From Fistulifera solaris (Eukaryota), in NCBI GenBank assembly GCA_030295235.1, contig AP026131.1:372001-436000 (forward strand): 64,000 nt of DNA. The letters run 5' to 3'. Made by a program: the position numbers and the translations under genes. The notes under the pieces are model-generated. The model saw nothing but the letters and a program-made list of their open reading frames with translations. It ran no database searches and was not told the origin of the DNA. Shown piece after piece: positions 11,489 to 23,699 of the stretch (its first letter is position 1; each line of letters begins with the position of its first letter).

Positions 11489-12333
11489 ATGACTACGCTG
11501 CTCATTATTGATGCGCAAAAGACTTTCATCCCGGAGGAAACTTGGCCATTCCTACAGCAAATCAAGACGCCGTTCGTATTGCTCGATTGATTCGTGAGCG
11601 CGGCGAGTCTATTGACCGAATCGTAGCGACATTGGATACTCACCAAAAACTTCACATCGCTCATCAGTGGTTCTGGGAAGAGCGCCCCGCACCCTTTACG
11701 ATTATTTCGGCTCAAGATATTGCTGACGGCAAATACAATCCACGCGCATCGATTCGATTATCGAAATCTTTGTTGGACCCGGCTGTTTTTGAAGAAAGCA
11801 GTAAAGTCTTCGATGAAAAAGGTGAAATTGATGCTCGAAAGTATGCCCTGGAATATACGAGACGTCTGGAAGAACGAGGAAGGTTTCAACTTTGTATTTG
11901 GCCCGAACATTGTTTGATCGGCTCTCCGGGCCATGGTCTTGTGGACGTAATATCAGAAGCATTACACGGATGGTCAGAGCAGACCGGTCGGTCTGTCGAA
12001 TGGATTCTCAAAGGTCAAAACTTACTTACCGAAATGTATTCCGCGCTCGAGGCCGATGTGCCCGTCTCGGTGGATTCTTCATTTAACCACAACTTTCACC
12101 AAAAGTTACTCGAGTCCGAGAAGTTGGTTGTTTGCGGGCAAGCAATGAGTCACTGCGTTAACTATACGGTCCGAGATATTGTTTTACATTGGCCTGTGGA
12201 TGAAATGTCGAAGATCATCGTCCTCACGGATTGTGCTTCCGCGGTGCCAGGTTTTGAAGAGGCTGCTCTGAGTTTCCAAAAGGATATGGAGAGTATAGGA
12301 GTTCAGTTAAAGATGTCAACGGATGAATTTTGA
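11489..12333 (+). CDS. Nicotinamidase / isochorismatase-family hydrolase; 1-nt frameshift near 11520
   Basis: MTTLLIIDAQ(N)DFHPGG, TLDTH, WPEHC, KG and GQAMSHCV catalytic motifs. Confidence 0.85.
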
Positions 12334-12544
12334 GGCTTAGGTGCTTCCATTTCGCGATCTGAATACTGTGGAAAGGGTTTTGTTTTTTCATGCACAACAG
12401 AGGCTCTTTATCGACCTTATGCGCACATGGATCTGGTACTGTATAGAGGGATGTCTGCTAAAAATAAAAGCCACTTGCCACCTTTGAAAAGTATGTCGGC
12501 TGTCTATCTGTTTATAAATACGTTACTTCTTGAAGTGTCGATAC

Positions 12545-13195
12545 ACAGAATTTCTGGCTGACACAAAAGCACGGATCTAACATGTTGTAATTCTAACGTT
12601 CACAGCATTCTGACAAGATCCAAAACACCGATTCCAGAATATCTGGAACGCCCACGAAATGTCTGTTTGGACTCAAAACAACTGGTCCAGAATTTCTGGA
12701 CCAGACCCACAGAATTTCTGGCTGACACAAAAACTGGATTCCAGAATTTCTGGAATTTGCACTAACTTGTTGTACTTTCTAAAAACACTAGTTTCCGATT
12801 ATCAGGAATGTTCACAGCATTTCTACATGACACAAAACAACGATTCCAGAATATCTGGAATGTGCACGAAATGTCTGTTTGACTCGAAACAACCGGTCCA
12901 GAATTTCTGGCTGAAACAAAAGCACGCATTCCAGATTTTCTGGAATTTGCACTAACTTGTTGTAATTCGCAAAATACTAATTCCCGAATATCAGGAACGT
13001 TCACAGCATTTTTACAAGATCCAAAACACCGATTCCAGAATATCTGGAATGTCTACCAAATGTCTGTTTTTTACTCGAAACAACTGGTCCAGAATTTCTG
13101 GACCAGACACACAGAATTTCTGGATGACACAAAAGCACGGATTCCAGAATTTCTGGAATTTGCACAAACTTGTTGTAATTTCTCAAAACACTAGT
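12545..13195. repeat. Tandem array D, ~3 units of ~190-212 bp rich in TCCAGAATTTCTGGA dyads
   Basis: GA(T/C)(C/A)CAAAACA(C/A)CGATTCCAGAATATCTGGAA recurs at ~12617, 12829 and 13018; homologous to array F in the opposite orientation. Confidence 0.9.
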
Positions 13196-13324
13196 CTAGT
13201 TTCTAGGTCTCTAGTCTACTAGACTATTTTTCTAGACCTTATTTCGCACTGCGACGCGACGCGCACGCGCGCGACACCAGACGACCGTACGTCAGCCGTC
13301 GTCGCCCTACCATGATGGCGATGC

Positions 13325-13374
13325 CATGAATCTAAACGGTACCGGTACGGTACCTTGTACCTGGTAAACCCATG
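13325..13374. mobile_element. Tiny MITE-like insert (CATGAATCTAAACG left end) flanked by GGCGATGC direct repeats
   Basis: Same left end as the 14189 element; GGCGATGC at 13317-13324 and 13374-13381. Confidence 0.5.
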
Positions 13375-13475
13375 GCGATGCGATAGAGCTCGCGATCGTC
13401 GTCATCTCACAATTGAAAGACTATACTCGTTACTCGTTACACTTGCTGTTCCTTTTATTTCCTTTACAATTCTCA

Positions 13476-13931
13476 ATGTTTTCTATATTTAGGCCTCTTG
13501 CTCGAAATTTGAAAGGTTTTGTAAAGCCTATGGCTTGCACCGCAGGCAACGTAGCAATAACGCCGACCATCTCCCCGGTAGTGGATTTGCAACAGCGCTT
13601 CCGCAGCAATCGCTCTCGACGTGGACTGTACGACGGTAAAGATATTCGTTCCGGAAACAGCGTATCATTTAGTATGAAATCGACCAAGCGAAAATTCAAA
13701 CCAAACGTTTTCCTCAAGCGCGTCTATTCTGAAATATTGGACGAGATGGTTCAATTCCATTTGACGACTTCCGCCCTCCGTTCGATTGACAAAGCAGGCG
13801 GATTGGATAACTACCTTATGAAGAACGAGTTCACTGAGGGAGAAGGATTTGAAGTGAAGAGGAAAATCATGAAAAGACTCAAGAATCAAGCCCGATACGA
13901 GCGCAAGGCAGAAGAGAGATCGGCTGCGTAA
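13476..13931 (+). CDS. MRPL28: Mitochondrial ribosomal protein bL28m
   Basis: RSRRGLYDGKDIRSGNSVSFS..TKRKFKPNV...ALRSIDKAGGLDNYL after a mitochondrial-type presequence. Confidence 0.9.
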   Translation: MFSIFRPLARNLKGFVKPMACTAGNVAITPTISPVVDLQQRFRSNRSRRGLYDGKDIRSGNSVSFSMKSTKRKFKPNVFLKRVYSEILDEMVQFHLTTSALRSIDKAGGLDNYLMKNEFTEGEGFEVKRKIMKRLKNQARYERKAEERSAA

Positions 13932-14188
13932 AATTATCAAAGATATCTAGGCGGCCATTGCAGTTTCTTTCAGTTCAGTTGCTCTTCTTAGACTGTCTTA
14001 ACATGCCAGCTACCGTAGTTTCCGTGTAGACTGAGTGCTTGTCTCGAATTCACTGATTCACAGACTGTGGATTCAGATGTCTTCTATTTTGAAACCCAGG
14101 CACACAGTCACCGTTTGATAGACCTCTCGAAATAGTTTAATTATCTTCATGTTTGTCCTGTCGTTATTGATGTTGTTGTCGGAAGTTA

Positions 14189-14221
14189 CATGAATCTAAA
14201 CGGTAAACGTTTAGATTCATG
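14189..14221. mobile_element. 33-bp MITE-like insert with perfect 14-bp TIRs and a 7-8 bp TSD
   Basis: CATGAATCTAAACG-GTAAA-CGTTTAGATTCATG flanked by (G)GAAGTTA on both sides. Confidence 0.7.
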
Positions 14222-14244
14222 GAAGTTATTTCAAGACACTGATC

Positions 14245-14410
14245 GCACGGAATTTCTGTTTCTCAAAAGCATCAGCCAGACTTTCTGGTAACGCAAATAC
14301 ATCTCCTACAGAGTTTCTCTGTGTCACAAAATGCACTTCCAGATTTTCTGGTCAGACAGACACATTTCAAACAGAATATTTCTGTCTTAATCACCCAGAT
14401 TTTCTGTTAA
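14245..14410. repeat. Degenerate relic of the CCAGAAWWTCTGG repeat family
   Basis: GGAATTTCTG, CCAGACTTTCTGG, CCAGATTTTCTGG and CCAGATTTTCTG dyads. Confidence 0.6.
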
Positions 14411-14559
14411 CCCTACAGACCAAAGTTAATGATAACCTTACTGCAGACTGAAAGGTGCGTCGAAGATTCATTTCATCCACTTCGTCATTCATCTTTCATG
14501 TTGGAATATATATAAATGTCAACGTGATGCTCTGTTGTATCTAAAAGAAAGTCAACAAT

Positions 14560-16017
14560 ATGCCTTCTGAAGAGGACCCGCTTTTACCCACCCAAGGAAC
14601 GGAGGCGCCGGATGAGCTACGTAGCAACAGCAAGTACGCCATCTTTCGTTCTGTCGGCATTGCACTTGTCTTCGGATCGCTTCTTGTTCTAGGATTCTTT
14701 GCCATTCGAAAGGAATTTGTACCCAAAATCTGGCAAAGAACAAAGAATAGTTATTATGAAAATGACGCTCTAGAGATGGAAGATGACGAATACAAAGGTC
14801 GCTACACTGCAACGCAATTCATCAGTTTCACCATCAACACAATGGGCGGTTCGGCCGAACATGGCGAATGCGAAGGCCTGGATGTTGACCCTAAATCAGG
14901 GCTCTGTTACTTGGGAAACAAGAACATCACCAAAGACGTACTTCATCGCTTTAGAATCATTGAAGAGTCGTTACGGAAGCTCGTCGATCATTCACGGACG
15001 AAGAACAGTAAAATCGACCCAAGTCCCAAAGTTTTGAAGATATTCATGGTGCCCGAGTTCTTCTTTCGCGGTCCCAACGGAGCCTACTCTGTCGAGGATA
15101 TGAGAGATGATCAGGTCGATGACTCCAAGGATGGCGTTCTTATTCAAGCATCCGATCGGATGCGGGCTTTTATCGCGGACGATGCCTTCCAAGATTTTCT
15201 GTTTGTCTTTGGCACAACAATCATTGCCCAGTCACTCGACAACAACCCCGAAGATAATATCGACTCAGAGAAACCATGGATGACCAACAACACGAAAGGG
15301 GATCAGGTTCTGTATTACAATTTCGCTCCCGTTGCAAAGGGTGGCAGAGGGCACAATCACCACTATTTGTTTCAGAAGAAGTACATTAGTGGAGTTGACT
15401 TTTTGTCGCGAACCAAGCTACCCAATCCACGCGATTCGCATGTCAGTCGATACGCTGATCCTTGGGAAGAGCTGGAAAAGACATTAGCACTTCGGGGAAC
15501 GACGATTGTCGACAAGAACATTATTGAATTGGATGGTATTCGGATCGGTTTGGAGATATGCCTCGATCACCGGATCGGGGTACTCTGGAATACCATCACG
15601 AGTGAGCGGCATCCTCATTTGGTTGATGTTCAACTCATTACTAGTGCCGGAATGTCGATTCAACGAGGGCCCAATCCGATTGTGCCCGGTGGGGTTGTTT
15701 ATCTTACCGATGGTGGTGCATCCTCTGCTGCCTGTGTCCGAACAAGCAGTGCTCCCTTTGATCCTGAAATAATTTGTCGACAGAAACCTGACGGGCTGAA
15801 ACATGTTCCGGTGGGAGGTCCAGGTTATAGTAATTTCATCGAACTCGCTGGCTGCCTCGACCTGGAGAACACCACTCTTCTACACTATTACTACAGCATC
15901 TATCAAGACCAAGGGTGTGCTTACACGTTAAAAACCTACGGAATTGACGTGATAGATGATTTGAAATTCTATCCTCCGAGCCTAGAGATCTATCCTACGG
16001 TTGATCTTCCCCTTTGA
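14560..16017 (+). CDS. Type II membrane protein with a nitrilase-like (carbon-nitrogen hydrolase) domain
   Basis: One N-terminal TM helix; VPEFFF (Glu), QKKYIS (Lys) and LEICLDH (Cys) fit the E-K-C triad. Confidence 0.6.
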   Translation: MPSEEDPLLPTQGTEAPDELRSNSKYAIFRSVGIALVFGSLLVLGFFAIRKEFVPKIWQRTKNSYYENDALEMEDDEYKGRYTATQFISFTINTMGGSAEHGECEGLDVDPKSGLCYLGNKNITKDVLHRFRIIEESLRKLVDHSRTKNSKIDPSPKVLKIFMVPEFFFRGPNGAYSVEDMRDDQVDDSKDGVLIQASDRMRAFIADDAFQDFLFVFGTTIIAQSLDNNPEDNIDSEKPWMTNNTKGDQVLYYNFAPVAKGGRGHNHHYLFQKKYISGVDFLSRTKLPNPRDSHVSRYADPWEELEKTLALRGTTIVDKNIIELDGIRIGLEICLDHRIGVLWNTITSERHPHLVDVQLITSAGMSIQRGPNPIVPGGVVYLTDGGASSAACVRTSSAPFDPEIICRQKPDGLKHVPVGGPGYSNFIELAGCLDLENTTLLHYYYSIYQDQGCAYTLKTYGIDVIDDLKFYPPSLEIYPTVDLPL

Positions 16018-16183
16018 GTTTGTTCTTACAGGATCCTATCGAATGAATATTGATCAGTGCACTACAAATGCCGCCATAGACCATAAAGTTGCGTAAGAAG
16101 CAGAGTAGGTTGAGAATCTCGCGGGACGAAGGAAGCTTAGGTCTGAGGTTGCAGTGCATAATGTCGCCTCACGAACCATGAAT

Positions 16184-16235
16184 TCATGACTGAAATGCAG
16201 TCGTGGAAAAAGTCGTCTTCACTTTGCGTTATAGT
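16184..16235 (-). promoter_or_regulatory. Bipartite ACTAT/CAAAGTG plus hairpin motif, copy 1
   Basis: Reverse complement reads ACTATAACGCAAAGTG..CCACGACTGCATTTCAGTCATGA; ~200 bp upstream of the ATG at 16437. Regulatory role inferred from position only. Confidence 0.55.
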
Positions 16236-16436
16236 AAACGAACGTAACCTTATTTATATTGTACCTGCTAGAAAACGATATTGATGCAGTATGTTCTTGT
16301 TTTATTACAAGTATACGGAGTACCGGTAAGGTCTTACATATTTTTGCGATGCGCGATGAGCTGGTTTATTTTCATTCTCATTATACATTTTGGTCACTTG
16401 TTGCTGTTGTACTGTGCCCGATTCTTGAAATCTGAA

Positions 16437-17183
16437 ATGAGATTTGCATTACCCTTGTTGGCTACGCTCTCCTCGGTTGCTGCTAGACCTTACAACGTTT
16501 CTGCCTTTGCGGTCTCGGGCAACGGATCTGCTCGACAAGTATACAATTTATCCAACAACAAAATGATGATCGATCCGGATTACCCAGGAACGGCTGTAGA
16601 ACGAATGACGAATGTGCGTGAACGAGTAGCATCGTTGAGTGCGGACGATTTGAACGCCAGTTGGCCGAATGTGCGTCGAAAGATTTTGTGGGCCGGTGGT
16701 TTGCGTGATTTACCCGATGCTGTTCCTGGTCAAGGCTATACAGGCCATTCCTTCAATGATTTCAATCATGTTGATTTGACTTGTATGATCGATCAAGCCT
16801 CGGATAATGAGAATGACGGATCGGTCAAAGGTATTGCGATTGGCAACCGACTCGGGAATGGCATCCGTGTTGCTTCCTTGCCGGAATTGGGTCCAGGTGG
16901 TTCCTGGTCGACTTGCGCTCTCGGTTGCAACAAAGATCCTCCACAAGATGTTGCACACATTCAATTTCAAGCACGAATAGCCTTCAAGTTGGTGTGGGTA
17001 CCGAACGAAAACTTTGATACATTTGTTCTCGTCGATGACGATGGAAATCTGTTAGCACAAGGCAAGCCCAGTGGAGGCGAATTACCATCCTTGCGCGAAC
17101 GACAAATGAATTATCGCATTGTGGCTGGTTCGAAATACGCCAAGGCGGCCGATCTAATTGCCAGTAAAGCAGCATCTGAATAG
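16437..17183 (+). CDS. Hypothetical protein with N-terminal targeting peptide
   Basis: Clean ORF with a signal-peptide-like start; GHSFNDFNHVDLTCM and DVAH motifs; family not recognised. Confidence 0.7.
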   Translation: MRFALPLLATLSSVAARPYNVSAFAVSGNGSARQVYNLSNNKMMIDPDYPGTAVERMTNVRERVASLSADDLNASWPNVRRKILWAGGLRDLPDAVPGQGYTGHSFNDFNHVDLTCMIDQASDNENDGSVKGIAIGNRLGNGIRVASLPELGPGGSWSTCALGCNKDPPQDVAHIQFQARIAFKLVWVPNENFDTFVLVDDDGNLLAQGKPSGGELPSLRERQMNYRIVAGSKYAKAADLIASKAASE

Positions 17184-17271
17184 GTAAACATTTCAATTAC
17201 AACCTTATTCACAAATTGATCATTAGCCTTTCAACGATATTATGAAGACGCAGCTGCAGATGTAAAACCCA

Positions 17272-18892
17272 TTAACGGTAATGAAGAAACGCGTTGCCAG
17301 TGCTAGTTGACTGACCGTTAGCAACAACTTTCATCTTGAGCGGCGGTTCCGATGAACCGCCCGTCACCATGATGCGCAGCAAGGATTCGACTCCCTGGAA
17401 GGCTGGGTCGTAAGACCATTCGTGCTTATCACCGTTCAAGTACAGAACGGGCATTTGATTGTTCAATTCTTGCGAAAGGAATGTATCGAGGGGACCGAAG
17501 AAGTGGAAATGTGCCGAAGTAGGATTGGCGTGACCAAATATGACGACACGACCGGTTTCACCAATCGTGGCACTGTATTGACGGATCAGCGCTTTGGTCC
17601 ACTCCACTTCTTCCGTCAAGCGCACTTCCCACTCCAAAGCGTCGTGAACGGGTAGGCCCACAATGTTCAGGCCAACAAAGAGCGTCTTCTTGTTGACAAA
17701 AGCAAAGTTATACGCTCGCCCCGGCTGTCGCACCACATCAAAGGTGTGATTCCAGTACCGTTTATCAAACTCGAGAAAATGCTTCTTCCAAAAGCCCAGC
17801 CCTTCTTCGGGATTGGAGCAATCGATCCACTCGTTGTCACCAATAATCACAAAGACGGGTACGGGCGATTGCTTGAAAATATCGGCCGCCAAGATAAACT
17901 CCTCTTCGAGACACAACGGGTTGTTCACGTCGTAGTTGCGAAGATCACCCACGTGAATGACAAATTCCGCATCCGAGGGAATGTTTCTAATTTGCACTTC
18001 AATTTCTTCCGCTTGTTGTGTCGAATACGGAACATCACCAATCGCATAAAAGGTGGTGACATGATCCGTAACTCCCAAATCAATTTTTGGGAATACAGGG
18101 TCCGACAAAGTCGGTAATGAAGGAGCCGTAGTCGCGAGAAATGTCGGTAAGCTCGACGCCGCTATTGATGGAGACAAAGACTCTTGAAGCGGAGGCTTGG
18201 ATGTTAATTCTGTCGCCAAAGAAGGAGCTTTGGAAGGTAATGTGGGAAATATTGTGGGGCGTGGACTGGATCTCGAGTCCACCGGAGCCACGGGGAGTTT
18301 TTCCGGTTCCGTCTCGGCTTGTTTCGGTGCTGGAGCTGGCGTTGCCACCAAACTCGCCGAGTTTTCTTCGCTTTTCGAATACACCATAAAGTAATAGACG
18401 GCGCCTCCGCCACCCGCAAGAAGAAGAAGAGCCAGTAATGCAATAACGGTCCGTTGTAAACAGAAACAACCACCTGATTTTGTTCGTTCCTGTGGGTTGA
18501 TGTCCGTTGCGGAGGAATTATCCGATGATGTCTCTAGTGTGCTATCACGTTGCTGCAAAGTACTCTTTTGACTAGCCACTGCTAAAGTAGCTGGTCGGTA
18601 TTCTGTTGCTCCGAGTCGATTACTCGACATGGCCGTTTGTGATGTAGAGAGCTGTTGCCGTTGCGGACCTCGTGTTACAACGTCGAGTTGATGCATATCA
18701 TTGAGGATCTGTCGCTGTGAGGTTGTAGACCGAACTGCCGTTCGATTGAGTGCTTCTGTAACTATTCGTGTCTGTAGAGCTGATTGCGTTTTCCATTCCG
18801 CCGGCGTTGAGCGCTTCCATGGTCGTCCACGGCTTTCGCGCAGTTGTCTCTGTTCGAGGAGCTGTTCGACCTTGCTGTGTATCGTTTTTCAT
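17272..18892 (-). CDS. Membrane-anchored calcineurin-like metallophosphoesterase; frameshift near 18700
   Basis: TM helix and Pro/Ser/Thr stalk, then GDVPY, HVGD, GDNE, GH and GDKH metal-binding motifs. Confidence 0.8.
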
Positions 18893-19623
18893 TGTCGTAT
18901 TGTCTCGGTTTCTCTGTTAATTTACAGTATCAAACACAATTTCTGAGTTCCGTGACCGTGATCCTATCACAATGATGATGATTATTTATGCAAGATAGCT
19001 CCTCCAAGGACGTTCGTTGGTTTTCAACGAAAGGAGCACGCGGGAGTGTGACGAGAGTGAATCTCCGTGCTCCGCAAAACGGATCGGATTGCGGTCGTTG
19101 GTCGAGCTGGCAGGGGAGAAAAAAACGCCCATGTCGTGCCAAAATTCAAACTTTAACAAGGAATTCATAGTGGAAAGTAGCCTATCTTGTTTTGTTAGAA
19201 AAATTCTGTTTCTATTTCCTATGTAAGGAACACGAAAGTCGAGCCAGCCAGGTAGGTGTAATCGTTTTAAACCGACCAACGGTACTGGGTTGATACAAAA
19301 CTGTACACACCAAAATTCATGTTTTGTCGAGTTTGGAGGAGTTTCGGGAAAGGATGCAGGATGCTCTTGCACGAATGCCGCGCACCTCCAGTACAGTACT
19401 GTAAGGTTACTCCGAGTCGTCCGGCGCGTGGACGAGCGAAAACCTTGTCTTTATAATCCTTAGTTTTCGTGACTCCAGCTAGGTTGTTGCACACTCTCAT
19501 GGCAAGCCACAGTATTATCAAAGCGTGTACAACGACGGCTCGCACGAGCACCTACGATTGAATCAATGGATACTTGCGAAGCCCGTCAACTAAATTTTGC
19601 AATTACCTGGTACTCCGTATATT

Positions 19624-21408
19624 TCAACAACGCTGATGACAAGACTCCAATCGAATGTCAGTCCCCAGATATTTTGTCCAAGTTAATGTTTCGTCATCGT
19701 CCTGTAATAACGATAGACCTTTGCGGATACCGTTGAAGATCGCTTCTAAATCTTGGGCTGCATGCAAAGCTTTACGGTAGAACGGATCCTTGTGATGAAT
19801 TTCGGACGACGTCGTAGCTTTTTGAAAAAAGGATCGTCCTTTGACCATTTGAACCAGTTTTAAAACTAGAGCACCTTCTGAAACTTTCTCCCCAATATAT
19901 TCATCGCTCGTTGTAATGCGATCAACTAACCCAATACTCAGCGCATCATACCCAAGCCAGATATCTCCAGTAGCGATATCTTCAATGGCGGAAGCGACCA
20001 TTGGCCGACAGGCACTGACATGTAGTTTGAAGGCAACGTGCGTCTTATCTATCATCTGTTGAACTTTCGCCATACCATCCCGCGTAACATCACCAATCAA
20101 TCCGACGGGGCTTTGTCTTTGCCGCCTTTGAAAACCAGTGGACGTATTCCCCATCCTTCCAAAGTCTTTTGAATGTTAATAGTTTGACCGAGAACACCAA
20201 TGCTCCCCAACACAGCGAATGGAGCTGCCAATAAACACCCTGGACTTGACGCGCATGCTATCATGTAGCCACCTGCAAGTGAAGGTGTGAGATCAGGTTT
20301 CGCTCGCGACAAAACTAAGTACTCCCAGCAATGTACTTACCAGATGCCGCAACTTTGTCCACGCATATAGTAACTTTCAAACCCTTTCTTCTCAACCGAA
20401 GAATTTGTTGTGATGCAGAGAATAGTCGGCAGCGCTGCCTCCTTGTGATTCGAGTAAGACAACAACTTCCTGAAACCGTGGAGAATCATTTGAATAAGTT
20501 TGTGTCTCGTAGCTTTTGATCAAAAATGACACTTCATCTCGCATAACATCCATTCTACTGACAGAGGAATCCAAGCTTGTCCAATCCATTACAACAATTG
20601 CTTCGCTGAAAGGGGTCTGGCTTCCATTTAGTGCAGGCTGCATCACATTGGGCATGGCGGCTGTCACATTTGAGCCAGCCTGACTCGGCAAGGTGTTCGC
20701 ACGCGTGGCCTTCCTATACGCAGCCAAGTCTTTACGATATCGCTCATTAATGTTTTCAAATGTAAAATGCTGTTTGATGGACGGTAAATAAGCGGAGCTC
20801 TCGGGTGACAGGTATTTCGACAGAAAAAATGCCAGCACCGGGTTCGAATACCGCCCCATCAACAGAGCAGCTGTCACAGGAGAAACAGAGTTTCCATTCT
20901 CATTGGGTTGCTGCAAGCGACGAGCTAGTGCGACCACAAAAACAAACTGCAGAATACGCATAGGAGAGAATGCAAGAACGCGCCGTGTCGATCCAGTGTC
21001 AGGATTCGTCATCGGCTTGGATATCAGACGCCAAGATAATCGAAGAATATCTTTGCGGAACAATGCCACGGCAATGAGAATTGTTAATTGGATCTTGTTT
21101 GTGCGTACGAATCGTGTGATATTATTCAGTTTGAATTTTTGAAGACAGCTGTACGGCTTCAAAGCATTCGAAATAACACGTTCGTTTTCACTCTTCTCTG
21201 CTGGGGTCTTGGATAGCTTTGAGGTCTTCTTGAGAGACTTTTTGGATTTCTTTGTTGATGTAGCGGCAGTTTTATTCTGGCTTTCGCTATAAGACGAAGG
21301 CAGAGAGTCGACCGCGTCGCCGCTTTTGTCTGAGGCGCTTAGCACCGGCGTAGTACTTCCAACAATTGTTATCCCCAAAATGATCCATAATTTTCTGAGA
21401 TGCTTCAT
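19624..21408 (-). CDS. Peptidase S49 (SohB/SppA-like); intron ~20272-20340 and frameshifts
   Basis: LLESQGG, spliced VAASG|GYMIA, GSIGV, ATGDIWLG and GLVDRI motifs. Confidence 0.8.
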
Positions 21409-21565
21409 GTTCGCAATGTGTATGAGTGAGAAAACGACTTTCAGATCTATACAATGACGGAATAACAATGATAGCGAAAGCGGCGACGATGATAATGGAT
21501 AATGCGGAGAAAAAAACGAGAGCAAAAATGTTAACATAGAGACGCAAAAAATACCAGGTACCGGT

Positions 21566-22277
21566 ACTATGGCTCAAAGTGTTGCTAAACTTTACCATGA
21601 CTGCACTTCAGTCATGAGTCGTCAAGATACTTCCGAGACTCCGAGATTTCCTAGACAAGCTGCTGCCATATTTTCGATCGTTCTGCTAGCTTATTGTCTT
21701 TCTGAGAATAGTTTCACTGCCAGCATTGTTTCTAGTGCAGGAAAATATAATTTGCGTTGAAGAGCTTTTCAAGATCGTTGTCTTCCGTTTTTACTATGGC
21801 CCAAAGTGATGGTTCAACGAATCCACGACTGCATTTCTGTCATGAGACACGATATTATTTTCCTCGACAAGCTGCTGCCATATTTTCGATCGTTCTGCTA
21901 GCTTATTGTCTTTCTGAGAATAGTTTCACCGCCAGCATTGTTTCTAGTGCAGGAAAGTATAATTTGCGTTGAAGAGCTTTCGAATTCTATGTCTTCCGTT
22001 TTTACTATTGCCCAAAGTGATGGTTCAACGAATCCACGACTGCTTTTTTTCTGTCATGAGACACGATATTTTCGAGACAGACGGCTGCCTTATTTTCGAT
22101 CGTTCTGCTAGCCTAATAAACTACAATTGTCTTTCTGGGAATAGTTTCACTGCCAGCATTGTTTCTAGTGCAGAAAATATTTTGCGTTGAAGAGCTTTCG
22201 AATTCGTTGTCTTCCGTTTTTACTATGGCCCAAAGTGATGGTTCAACGAATATCCACGACTGCATTTCTGTCATGAG
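21566..22277 (+). repeat. Tandem array C, ~3.3 units of 211-227 bp, beginning with bipartite motif copy 2 (21566-21617)
   Basis: ACTAT(G/T)GC(C/T)CAAAGTG recurs at ~21566, 21793, 22004 and 22223. Confidence 0.9.
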
Positions 22278-22712
22278 TAAAATATGTTCATGCTTCATGC
22301 GAGACGCGCAGCAACGTCGTCTTTCAACTGTTCACCTAGAAAGACTTAATCCACGACACAGACCCCCTTCATGGTTGCATTTAGACTCTAGAACCGAAAC
22401 AGCAACATCTATATCTTGGACAATGGAGAGTCGCATCCTCAAACTGTCTTGTTGTGAAGAGTCATCTAGGTTCAGCAATAATCAGTTTGCAGGGAGAGAT
22501 GTGGATGGCAAAAGGGAAAGACCAAGACGGGCACTGGTAATATTTTATTGATATCATAAATGGATTTTCTAGAGCCATTTATGGCGTAATTCACATTAAG
22601 ACAAACCTTATGAGAATATACTATTAGCGTGATAAACTCCGGTCCGGCCTCAACTGATGCAAAGCAAACTTTGTCGTTGTCTAGCACAGTAATGGTTCCA
22701 ATGTTTGAATAG

Positions 22713-23699
22713 TTATTGGTAAAAGTAAGCATCCAGATCTGGTATGCCACAGCTGTCTTGTAAATAACCTGCGGATCGCGTGGGGTGAAGATCGATTAGA
22801 TACATGTAAGAATACACTGTTGGTTCTCTTCTCCACATAGACGTACCGCTGACCATAAGTTGGCCCCATGCTTGTGAGAGGGTAGGACCTCCACGGTTCT
22901 GGCAAAGCTTCACCTTCTTCTTCAAATCCAAATAACGACGTTCGCTTCTGCCGTACTCTTTCTTCTGATTCGGCCCGTATGGCGGGATCCCACGCATTTC
23001 TTTTAAGCCTGTTGAATTGTTCAATATAACGAAGAAAGAATTGAGGGCCACTCGACCTTCTTCCCATCCTTCTAAAGCAGTCGGAACGAGACTTTTGTCC
23101 AGTTCGACGGGAAGGTCACGTCTTACGCCGGCCGTCGCCTTTGAGATCTTGCCCATGGCGCGTTCGAATGCAAATTGTGCGTCTCGCATTTCCTCAGCAT
23201 ACTCCGGCGGCATACTTAATCCTAGGATACGAAAGACGTTGGTAAATTCACGCTCGATACGAGAAGGATTTCCTTGCCCGCGGTTGTTGTTCGCCTGAAA
23301 GAGTTCACCGACTTCGCCCCAAGAATTGATATCTTCCAGCAACTCTCGCAGCTCGAATATGTAAAAATCAGAAGAAGTCTGGAGAAAATCAGAAAGGCGA
23401 GTACGCGTTAGAAGTTGAAACGAACAAACGAGAATCGCGGCTTCGCTCAAAGATCGTAACCTTACCTGCAACGGAATACGATACTGCAGGTAGGAACGGA
23501 CTGCCTCGGGTGGCAGCTCGGGCAAATTTCCATCCGTCGGACCTGTGGCTGCAGATGCTATGGAGGTGGTTGCGATAAAGGGAGTCAACGCGACGCCCTT
23601 GATCCAATCGCGACGAGAACTGTGCAATTGTGTATTGTAAGAGTGCACGGTTTGTCTGCCGATGACTAGCAGCAATGTCCAGACCGAAATACGAGCCAT
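22713..23699 (-). CDS. Probable plastid thylakoid-lumen protein (two introns)
   Basis: Signal peptide, twin-Arg SRRDWI, hydrophobic stretch and ASA cleavage site; GT-AG introns at ~23380-23465 and ~22771-22845. Confidence 0.65.
   Translation of the reverse strand: MARISVWTLLLVIGRQTVHSYNTQLHSSRRDWIKGVALTPFIATTSIASAATGPTDGNLPELPPEAVRSYLQYRIPLQVRLRSLSEAAILVCSFQLLTRTRLSDFLQTSSDFYIFELRELLEDINSWGEVGELFQANNNRGQGNPSRIEREFTNVFRILGLSMPPEYAEEMRDAQFAFERAMGKISKATAGVRRDLPVELDKSLVPTALEGWEEGRVALNSFFVILNNSTGLKEMRGIPPYGPNQKKEYGRSERRYLDLKKKVKLCQNRGGPTLSQAWGQLMVSGTSMWRREPTVYSYMYLIDLHPTRSAGYLQDSCGIPDLDAYFYQ

Noticed and set aside
21597..21630. Bipartite-motif hairpin as a canonical Helitron 3' end
   Set aside because: No consistent CTRR terminus follows the hairpin in the five copies; kept only as a hypothesis.
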